From positions 10,765 to 74,764 of the forward strand of contig JBGASF010000011.1 of the NCBI GenBank assembly GCA_044229835.1: a stretch of DNA of 64,000 bases. Direction: 5' to 3'. The translations under genes and the position numbers were made by a program. Below the pieces are notes generated by a model that saw only the letters and a list, made by a program, of their open reading frames with translations, had not been told where the DNA came from and ran no database searches. This DNA is from Polyangia bacterium. GTDB taxonomy: Bacteria > Myxococcota_A > Polyangia > Haliangiales > JADYYK01. This document shows, piece by piece, positions 35,597 to 43,778 of the stretch. Position 1 is the stretch's first letter. Every line of letters begins with the position of its first letter.

Positions 35597-37297
35597 ATGG
35601 AGTCTGGCGACATCGAGAAGCCCGCACCGCCGGCCCCGCCGCCCGCGGTCGACCCGCTGATCGGCAGCATCATCGGTGATCGCTACCGGGTGGTGCGCCT
35701 GCTCGGGCGCGGGGGCATGGCGGCGGTCTATCGCGGCGAGCACGAGCTGCTCAAGAAGCCGGTCGCCATCAAGGTCATCCTGCCCTCGCTGGGGGACGAC
35801 CCCGACATGGCCCGCCGCTTCGAGCGCGAGGCCACGCTGGCGGCCAAGCTCGATCACCCGAACTGCGTCGCGGTCACCGATTTCGGGCGCACCAGCAGCG
35901 GGCGCTTCTTCCTGGTCATGGAGTACCTCGAGGGCATCGCGCTGGCCGACCTGCTGTTCGAGCAGCGCCGCGTCAGCAGCGAGCGCGCGCTCGACTACAC
36001 GAGGCAGATCCTGCGCGGCCTCGGGCGCGCGCACGAGCTCGGCATCCTGCATCGCGATCTCAAGGCGTCGAACATCATGCTGATCAAGCGTGATGGTGGG
36101 CGCGAGGTCGTCAAGATCATCGATTTCGGCATCGCGCGCCTGATCGGCGACACCGCGACCACGCAGGGCTTCAAGACCGAGGCCGGCATCGTGTTCGGCA
36201 CCGCCGACTACCTGGCGCCGGAGCGGCTGACCGCGGCGCCCGACATCGATGGCCGCTGCGACCTCTACAGCGTGGGCGTCATGCTGTACGAGATGCTGTG
36301 CGGCGAGCGCCCCTTCCACGCCGAAGATCCGATGGAGATCGTGCAGCGCACCTTGAAGGAGCTGCCGATGCCGCCGCGCGACAAGGCGCCCGACGCGGGG
36401 ATCTCACCCGCGCTGGAGCGCGTGGTGCTGCGCGCGCTGGAGAAGGATCCGCGCCGGCGCTATGCCGACGCCAAGGCCATGCTGGAGGCGCTCGACGGCA
36501 TCAGCGTGGTGCAGGCCACCAGCGAGGCCGCGGGGGCACGGGCGGGCGCGGCGGGTGCGGGTGCGGGCGCGGGTGCCGCGGGTGCAGGTGCGGCCGGGGC
36601 TGCCGGGGCTGCCGGGGCTGCGGGGGATGATGGGCCCGCGCTGAGTCTGCCCTTCGACAGCGCACCGCCCAGCGCAGGAGCCGGCGAGCCGCCGACCACG
36701 GCGGCGTCGGCCAAGGCCATCGCGGCGGTGCGTGCGCGCTCCGAGCCGCGGCCGCAGCTGCCCACGGTGGCGCGGCGGCGCATCTCGCGCATGGCCTGGG
36801 GCTGGCTGATCGCGGTGCCCGTCGTCCTGACGACCATCGCCATCCTGGTCGCGACCCGCGGTGGCGGCAAGCACCCCAAGGTGTCGACGCGGCCGACGGG
36901 CTCGGCGCCCGATCTGCCCGGACTGGCCGCGCGCGCCGCCACCGGCGCGACCATGGCCGAGCGCGACGCGGCCTACCAGCAGCTGGTCGCGCTGGGCTAT
37001 CGCGATCGGGTCGACTTCGTGGCCAAGCTGTCGCGCGATCTGCTGCAGGCGCCGACCTGCGAGGCGCGTCGCCAGCGGGTGCAGGCGCTGGCCGCGCTGA
37101 ACGATCGCGCCGCCATTCCGGCGCTGCGCAAGGCCACCCAGGCGCCCGACAACGCCTGTCTGATCTCGGCCGCCGAGGCGGCCATCGAGAGCCTGTCCGG
37201 CAACGCCTCCACGAGCGGCAGCAAGCCCGGCGCAAAAACCTCCAAGACCGGAGGTGCGGCAAATAAGCCTGTGAAATCTAACGCCGACCGGTTTTAG
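35597..37297 (+). CDS. Ser/Thr protein kinase with Ala/Gly linker, TM helix and C-terminal HEAT-like repeats
   Basis: GRGGMAAVYRG, VAIKVI, HRDLKASNIML, DFGIARL and ADYLAPE (Hanks subdomains). TM helix WGWLIAVPVVLTTIAILVA. HEAT-like RAAIPALRKA. Confidence 0.93.
   Translation: MESGDIEKPAPPAPPPAVDPLIGSIIGDRYRVVRLLGRGGMAAVYRGEHELLKKPVAIKVILPSLGDDPDMARRFEREATLAAKLDHPNCVAVTDFGRTSSGRFFLVMEYLEGIALADLLFEQRRVSSERALDYTRQILRGLGRAHELGILHRDLKASNIMLIKRDGGREVVKIIDFGIARLIGDTATTQGFKTEAGIVFGTADYLAPERLTAAPDIDGRCDLYSVGVMLYEMLCGERPFHAEDPMEIVQRTLKELPMPPRDKAPDAGISPALERVVLRALEKDPRRRYADAKAMLEALDGISVVQATSEAAGARAGAAGAGAGAGAAGAGAAGAAGAAGAAGDDGPALSLPFDSAPPSAGAGEPPTTAASAKAIAAVRARSEPRPQLPTVARRRISRMAWGWLIAVPVVLTTIAILVATRGGGKHPKVSTRPTGSAPDLPGLAARAATGATMAERDAAYQQLVALGYRDRVDFVAKLSRDLLQAPTCEARRQRVQALAALNDRAAIPALRKATQAPDNACLISAAEAAIESLSGNASTSGSKPGAKTSKTGGAANKPVKSNADRF
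36593..36619 (+). repeat. Perfect 9-nt tandem repeat (GCCGGGGCT)x3 inside the kinase linker
   Basis: Three exact head-to-tail copies, flanked by degenerate GGTGCGGGY units. Encodes part of AGARAGAAGAGAGAGAAGAGAAGAAGAAGAAG. Confidence 0.9.
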
Positions 37298-37401
37298 TCC
37301 TTTGCAAGTGGAGCCGAATCGTACATCATAGGTGTGATTTCTCGGGGGCGCGGAACTGGTCTCCGAGGAACCTTGGTTCGAGCTGATTCTGTATAACGAT
37401 T

Positions 37402-37469
37402 GGACCGTGCATCGCCTTGGGTTGCTCCCCCCCAGCGACCGAGAGGTGGTGACACGGTCCATTTTTTTT
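37402..37469 (+). terminator. Long stem-loop followed by T8: intrinsic terminator (kinase 3' end or small-RNA 3' end)
   Basis: GGACCGTG (37402-37409) pairs with CACGGTCC (37453-37460), with inner TCGC/GCGA and TGGG/CCCA pairings, followed by ATTTTTTTTC (T-run 37462-37469). This is the longest T-run I noticed in the window. Confidence 0.6.
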
Positions 37470-37537
37470 CTTCGCCCGGAGGCCCAACCGGTTAATCTCG
37501 GGCCAGTCGGCCGGGTCTGAAGGCCCTGAGATCCGTC

Positions 37538-38206
<669 letters not shown>

Positions 38207-38217
38207 GTCGAAGCATC

Positions 38218-38922
38218 ATGAGCGCAGAAACCCACAGGACGCCGCTGCCGGACGAGCTCTTGCAGCGCTATCTCGACGGTGAGATCAGCGCCGAGGAGCG
38301 TGCGGCGGTGGAGGCGCGCCTCGGCGAGGACGCCGAGACGCGGCGCCGGGTCGAGGCCGGGCGGGAGCTCGGCAGCCTGGTGCGCGCCTACTCGGCGCGC
38401 GCGCTGGACGAGGCCGAGGCCGCGGGCAGCTTCGAGGCCATGCTGGAGGGCATCCAGGACAGGATCGGCCGCGAGGGCACCGGCGCGAGCGTCGGCGCCC
38501 TGCGTGCGCGCGAGAACGGTGCTGCGCGCGGGCGCAATGGTGACGTGCGCGCGCTGCGTGGCGCGGGCGCGGGCCGGGGCGCGGCGGGTGCGGGGCGGGG
38601 CGGGCGGCGCATGTGGGCCATCGCGGGCGCGGTGGCCATCGCGGCGGCGGTGGTGGTGTTCTTGATCGTCCGGCGGCCCAAGCAGGGCTCGCAGGTCGCG
38701 CAGCCGACCAAGCCGTCGCCCAGCGCGCCGGCGGTGTCGGAGTCGCCCAGCCCGGTCGAGATGGCCGTGGCCGGGGTGTCCAACGAGGCCTCGATCGAGA
38801 GCATCGACGTGCCGGGCACCGCCAGCATCTTCACCATCCCTGATGAGACCGGGGACGGTGCCACCACGGTGATCTGGCTGTCTGCGTCGGCGGACGACGC
38901 TGGCCAGGACGGTTCGCAGTGA
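38218..38922 (+). CDS. Anti-sigma factor candidate (single-pass membrane protein)
   Basis: ATG 38218, 11 nt after the sigma gene. N-terminus LLQRYLDGEISAEERAAVEARL is typical of anti-sigma N-domains. TM helix MWAIAGAVAIAAAVVVFLIV. Extracytoplasmic tail. Confidence 0.65.
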   Translation: MSAETHRTPLPDELLQRYLDGEISAEERAAVEARLGEDAETRRRVEAGRELGSLVRAYSARALDEAEAAGSFEAMLEGIQDRIGREGTGASVGALRARENGAARGRNGDVRALRGAGAGRGAAGAGRGGRRMWAIAGAVAIAAAVVVFLIVRRPKQGSQVAQPTKPSPSAPAVSESPSPVEMAVAGVSNEASIESIDVPGTASIFTIPDETGDGATTVIWLSASADDAGQDGSQ

Positions 38923-38933
38923 GGGAGACCCGC

Positions 38934-39539
38934 ATGAGGTTCCGGTTGGCATTGGCCATGGTGGGCAGCGCGCTCGGTGCGCTGGGGACGGCCAGCGCGA
39001 TGCCTGCGCTGGCGCCGGTGCAGCCGGTCGGCATGGTGCGCGCCGCCGAGCTGGTGCTGCTGCCGCAGCGCGCGCAGATGAGCCTGCAGATGCGGGACGC
39101 CGCGCGCATGGCGGTCGCGGTGAAGGCGCAGACGCCCGCGGACGCACTGACCGCGAGCTGTGTGGTGCGGCAGATCCTGGCCTCGCAGGCGCCGGGCGGC
39201 ATCGATCCCAAGCTGGCCTTCCTCAAGCAGCAGCTCAGCAACCAGCCCTTCAGCGGCTACAAGTCGTTCAAGCTCTTGCAGGAGAACACGCTGGCGCTGT
39301 CGGGCGGCACCGCGCAGTCGCTGCCGCTGGTGACCAACCAGACCCTGGGGCTGGCCTACAAGGAGAAGCTGGCGGTCGCGGGCGGCAAGATCCGCATGCG
39401 CATGCAGATGACGCTGGCGCAGGGCGACAAGAAGGTGCTCGACACCCTGTATGCGATCGACGAGGGCGGCACGCTGCTGCAGGCCGGGCAGAAGTACCAG
39501 GACGGGACCTTCGTCCTGGCCATCACCTGCAAGCGCTAG
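38934..39539 (+). CDS. Secreted hypothetical protein (third gene of the ECF sigma operon)
   Basis: Signal peptide MRFRLALAMVGSALGALGTASA. No recognisable family. GTG 38919, overlapping the anti-sigma stop, is the alternative start. Confidence 0.55.
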   Translation: MRFRLALAMVGSALGALGTASAMPALAPVQPVGMVRAAELVLLPQRAQMSLQMRDAARMAVAVKAQTPADALTASCVVRQILASQAPGGIDPKLAFLKQQLSNQPFSGYKSFKLLQENTLALSGGTAQSLPLVTNQTLGLAYKEKLAVAGGKIRMRMQMTLAQGDKKVLDTLYAIDEGGTLLQAGQKYQDGTFVLAITCKR

Positions 39540-39623
39540 CCGTACGGGAATAGGCCGGGGCGCGAAGTCGTAGCAGGCGATCCCTTTTGCCGGGTGGCGG
39601 TGCGGCGGCTATAGTCGCCGAGA

Positions 39624-41942
39624 ATGTCACGCCGGGTACGGATTCTCCTCATCGTGGGCGGCGCCCTGGTGCTGCTCGTGGTCGGAGGGTACTTCGGGGC
39701 GTCCTGGTACGCGGCGCGCATGGTGCGCGGCAAGCTGCTGCCCGCGGCGGCCAAGAAGCTGGGCCGGTCGCTGACCGTGGCCGAGGTCGACACCGGGTGG
39801 GGCTGGGTCACGCTGCGCGGGGTGGCCCTGCGCGGGACGGGTGATGGCGAGCCGGTGGCGCAGCTCAAGAAGGTGCGCCTGGAGTATGGCGTCTGGGCCG
39901 CGGTGCGCGGGCGGCTGGAGGTGACGTCGATCGTCGCCGATGGCGCGGCCATCAAGGTGCGCCGCGAGGCGGATGGCAGCGACAACTTCTCCGACCTGGT
40001 CGACCGGCTGCGCGGGCGCGGACCGGGGGCGGTCAAGAGCGGCGGGCGCACCGCGAAGCTGCTCAACCCGGTGCGGGTCACGCTGCACAAGGCGTCGTTC
40101 GAGTTCGTGGATGCCCAGCATGGCGCGTCGATGCGCATCGCCGACCTGAGCGCCGAGGGCATGCGCGGCCTGCACATGCAGCTGCGTATGAAGGGGGCGG
40201 TCATCGACTCCGGGGTCGGGCCCAGCGCCAAGGTGGCGGCGCTGACGCTGGATTCGGACCTGCGCGCGGGCAGCTACCGGCCGGCGGGGTCACCGCGGGT
40301 CAAGGTCGAGGGCGGCGAGCTGGCGGTGCTGCCGTCGCTGGCGCTGACCGGGATCGCGGGCACGGTGCAGCGCGGCGCCGGCGCGGGCGAGGTCGCGCCG
40401 GATGGCGGCAAGGACCGCTTCGAGCTCGACCTGACCGGGGGCTGGGGCGGCGTCGAGGGCAAGCTGTGGCAGGCCAAGGGCTGGGTGCTGCCGCGCACGC
40501 GCGAGGGCGAGCTGGCCATCAAGGCGGAGCGCTTCGAGCTGGGCCGGCTGGCGCCGCTGGTGGCGGGCTCGCCGGTCAAGGACGCCGACAAGACGACCAT
40601 CCGCGCCGATCTGGCGCTGCGCCTCAAGCAGGGCAAGCTGGGCTTCGATGGCTCGCTGGACTTCACCGGGCTGACGGTGTTCCACAAGCGGCTGTCGGCC
40701 GAGCCGCTGCGCGATCTGGCGGCGGAGACCCAGGTGCGCGGGGCGGTCGACCTGGCGGCGCGCTCGCTGCAGATCGACGACGCGCTGGCGCGGGTCAAGG
40801 GCATCGAGGTGCGCCTGGCGGGCAGCGCGGCGCGGCCGGTGGGCACGCCGTGGCGGGTCAACGCGCACGTGACGGTGCCGCAGCGGCCCTGTCAGGACGT
40901 GCTGGTGGCGCTGCCGAAGGAGTTCGTGCCGTCGCTGCAGGGCTTCGGGCTGAAGGGGAACTTCTCGGCCGACATCGAGCTCGACATCGACAAGGCGGAT
41001 CTGCAGAAGACGGTGCTCGACGGCAAGGTCGGCATCAACGGCTGCAAGGTGCTGACCGCGCCCGAGGCGCTGTCGATGGAGCGCTTCAAGCGCAGCTTCT
41101 CGCATGACGCCGAGATCCGGCCCGGGGTCTGGCGCACCTTCGCGGTGGGGCCGTCGAACCCGGACTTCGTGCCCATCGACAAGATCAACCCCAACATCAT
41201 CAACTCGCTGATGACCACGGAGGACAGCGGGTTTTACCGCCATCGCGGCTTCATCACGCGCGAGTTTCGCAGCGCGCTGATCTCCAACCTGGAGCGCGGC
41301 TACTTCCGGGTCGGGGCCTCGAGCATCACCATGCAGATGGTGAAGAACGTGATGATGACGCGCGACAAGACGCTGTCGCGCAAGTTCCAGGAGCTGTTCC
41401 TGACCTGGTACACCGAGCAGGAGCTGACCAAGGACCGGATCATGGAGATCTATCTCAACGTGATCGAGTTCGGTCCCGAGATCTACGGCATCGGCCCCGC
41501 CATGCGGCACTACTTCGGGCGCGAGCCGGCCGACGCCACCCCGCTGCAGGCGGCCTTCTTCTCCAGCATCCTGCCTAACCCCAAGCAGCGCTATGTGCAC
41601 CGCTGCGCCGCCGAGCTGGATGCGCCGTGGTCGGCCTATCTGCGCCGCATCATCAGCAAGATGCACGAGCGCGATCGGCTGCCTGACGAGGAGTATGCCG
41701 CCGGCATGGCGGCGACGCTGGTGTTCAACCCGGACACGCTGGGCGAGTCCGAGGCCGAGTGTCGCAAGCGCTCGAAGAAGGCGGTCGAGGCGGTGGCGGC
41801 GGCGCGCAAGGAGGCCGCCGGCAAGTCGGTGCGACCGGCGCCCGGCGTGGCGCCGGAGGATCCGCCTGAACCAGACGAGGAGCCCGGGGAGGACGACCTG
41901 GCGCCGCCTCCGGGGGACGACGAGCCTCAGCCCTGGGATTGA
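39624..41942 (+). CDS. Membrane-anchored AsmA-like N-terminal domain fused to a GT51 peptidoglycan glycosyltransferase domain
   Basis: N-terminal TM helix ILLIVGGALVLLVVGG plus ~480 aa of AsmA/DUF748-like sequence, then the GT51 motifs TTEDSGFYRHRGF, GASSITMQMVKN, RKFQELFLTWYTEQELTKDRIMEIYLNVIEFG. Acidic/Pro-rich tail. No transpeptidase domain. Confidence 0.85.
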   Translation: MSRRVRILLIVGGALVLLVVGGYFGASWYAARMVRGKLLPAAAKKLGRSLTVAEVDTGWGWVTLRGVALRGTGDGEPVAQLKKVRLEYGVWAAVRGRLEVTSIVADGAAIKVRREADGSDNFSDLVDRLRGRGPGAVKSGGRTAKLLNPVRVTLHKASFEFVDAQHGASMRIADLSAEGMRGLHMQLRMKGAVIDSGVGPSAKVAALTLDSDLRAGSYRPAGSPRVKVEGGELAVLPSLALTGIAGTVQRGAGAGEVAPDGGKDRFELDLTGGWGGVEGKLWQAKGWVLPRTREGELAIKAERFELGRLAPLVAGSPVKDADKTTIRADLALRLKQGKLGFDGSLDFTGLTVFHKRLSAEPLRDLAAETQVRGAVDLAARSLQIDDALARVKGIEVRLAGSAARPVGTPWRVNAHVTVPQRPCQDVLVALPKEFVPSLQGFGLKGNFSADIELDIDKADLQKTVLDGKVGINGCKVLTAPEALSMERFKRSFSHDAEIRPGVWRTFAVGPSNPDFVPIDKINPNIINSLMTTEDSGFYRHRGFITREFRSALISNLERGYFRVGASSITMQMVKNVMMTRDKTLSRKFQELFLTWYTEQELTKDRIMEIYLNVIEFGPEIYGIGPAMRHYFGREPADATPLQAAFFSSILPNPKQRYVHRCAAELDAPWSAYLRRIISKMHERDRLPDEEYAAGMAATLVFNPDTLGESEAECRKRSKKAVEAVAAARKEAAGKSVRPAPGVAPEDPPEPDEEPGEDDLAPPPGDDEPQPWD

Positions 41943-42841
41943 GCGGCGGGGGCGGCGGGCGTGCTGTCGGGGCCGAGCGCGGCGGGCAGCGCGGCGTCGC
42001 GCGCCCAGTCGGACCACGAGCCCTCGTACAGGCGCACGGCGTCGTCGGGGACGCCAGCGATGTGCAGCGCCAGCAGGGCGTGGCACGCGGTCACGCCCGA
42101 GCCGCAGTAGGCGATGACGGGGTGGTCGGCGCCCGAGGTGGGCGTGATGCCGAAGCGGGCGTAGTAGCCGGCCAGCTGGGCGGCGGGGCGCATGCGGCCC
42201 AGCTTGTTCAGGTTGTCGATCCAGGGCGCCGAGCGCGCGCCCGGGATGTGGCCGGGGCGGGCGTCGATGGGCTCGACGTCGCCGCGGTAGCGCTCGCTGA
42301 CGCGGGCGTCGAGGAGGATGGTGCGGCCGTCGCTGCGCGCGCGGTCGACGGCGGCGCGGTCGACGATCCAGGTCGCCAGACGCGAGGTGTCGGCGCGAAA
42401 GGGCGGGTTCGGGTTGGCGGGGCGCTGGGCCGGGCTGGTCTCGATGGACAGGCCGCTGGCGTTCCAGGCCTGCAGGCCGCCGTCGAGGATGTGCGCCCCG
42501 CCCTGGTGGCCGTAGAGGCGCAGCAGGAACCACAGGCGCGCGGCGATGGAGCCGCTGGCGTCGTCATACACCACCACGTCGGTGTGCTGGCCGATGCTGG
42601 CGGAGGCCATGGCGGCCTCGAACTGCTCGGGGGAGGGCAGCGGGTGGCGGCCGGGGCCGGCCAGGGGCGGGCCCGACAGCTTGGTGTCGAGGTCGAGGAA
42701 GATGGCGCCCGGGATGTGGCCGCGCATGTACTCGGCGGCGCCGCGGCGGCCGGTGCCGGGCAGGTACCAGCGCAGGTCGATGATGCGCGCCAGCGGGTGC
42801 GAGATGATCCACTCGGGGTCCACGAGGACGGGGGCGGACAT
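41927..42841 (-). CDS. sseA: Rhodanese-domain sulfurtransferase (3-mercaptopyruvate/thiosulfate sulfurtransferase type)
   Basis: Two rhodanese domains. Active-site loop YCGSGVTACH. N-terminus RGHIPGAIFLDL. Confidence 0.88.
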   Translation of the reverse strand: MSAPVLVDPEWIISHPLARIIDLRWYLPGTGRRGAAEYMRGHIPGAIFLDLDTKLSGPPLAGPGRHPLPSPEQFEAAMASASIGQHTDVVVYDDASGSIAARLWFLLRLYGHQGGAHILDGGLQAWNASGLSIETSPAQRPANPNPPFRADTSRLATWIVDRAAVDRARSDGRTILLDARVSERYRGDVEPIDARPGHIPGARSAPWIDNLNKLGRMRPAAQLAGYYARFGITPTSGADHPVIAYCGSGVTACHALLALHIAGVPDDAVRLYEGSWSDWARDAALPAALGPDSTPAAPAAQSQG

Positions 42842-42911
42842 GGGGCCAGTGTATGCGCGATGGCCGCGCGATGCAGCGGGTGGCTGTCGCTGTGGCTATA
42901 CTGGCGCGCTC

Positions 42912-43652
42912 ATGAGCAGACGTAGCCGTCGCCTCAGGCGCGCCGAGGTCATCGAGCAGCTGGGCAAGTTCCACGATCCCGACCTGGTGGCGGTGCCGCC
43001 CGAGGATGTCATCGCGGCCATCGCGCCGCTGTTGATGCCGGAGCGCATCGCGACGCTGGAGGCCGGGCTGACGCGGCGGCTGGGGTCGATGGCGGTGGTG
43101 CTGGAGAACCTGCACGATCCGTTCAATGGCGCGGCGGTGCTGCGCTCGGCGGAGGCGCACGGGGTGCAGCGCGTGTTCGTGGCCGAGACCACCGAGCCGT
43201 TCCGGCTGTCGTCGCGGGTCACCGGCGGCACCGACAAGTGGCTGGACGTGGCGCGCTTCAGCGACATCGAGAAGTGCCTGCGCGAGGTCAAGAAGGCGGG
43301 CTTCCTGATCGCGGCGGCGGCGCCGCGCGCGACCGTGGACCTGGAGGAGCTGGACGTCACGCGGCCGCTGGCGCTGGTGTTCGGCAACGAGCACGAGGGG
43401 CTGACCGAGCAGGCGCTGGCGCTGTGCGACGTGCGCTACCGGATTCCCATGTCGGGCATGGTCGAGAGCCTCAACCTGTCGGTGTCGGCGGCCATCTCGA
43501 TCTATGCCTGCGCGCGTCGGCGGCGGGCGCACCTGGGGGCGACGGGCGACCTCGACCAGGCCGACCTGACCCGGCTGCGCGCGCGCTGGTATGCCATGGA
43601 CGTGCGAGGGGCGGCGGCGATCGTGCGGCGCTACCGCAGCGAGCGTGGCTGA
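42912..43652 (+). CDS. SpoU/TrmH-family RNA 2'-O-methyltransferase
   Basis: From ATG 42912: VVLENLHDPFNGAAVLRSAEAHGV, LVFGNEHEGL, IPMSGMVESLNLSVSAAI (SPOUT knot motifs). Confidence 0.85.
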   Translation: MSRRSRRLRRAEVIEQLGKFHDPDLVAVPPEDVIAAIAPLLMPERIATLEAGLTRRLGSMAVVLENLHDPFNGAAVLRSAEAHGVQRVFVAETTEPFRLSSRVTGGTDKWLDVARFSDIEKCLREVKKAGFLIAAAAPRATVDLEELDVTRPLALVFGNEHEGLTEQALALCDVRYRIPMSGMVESLNLSVSAAISIYACARRRRAHLGATGDLDQADLTRLRARWYAMDVRGAAAIVRRYRSERG

Positions 43653-43778
43653 AGAGACACGATCGAGGCCGCTTCAGCGTGGCCAGGGAGACACGACCCC
43701 GGGTTGTTGCACCCAAGTGGCGCTGGGGTAGAGTGAGCATTCGGCACGCGTGTTGCGATGCACACGTGTGTGACCTTC

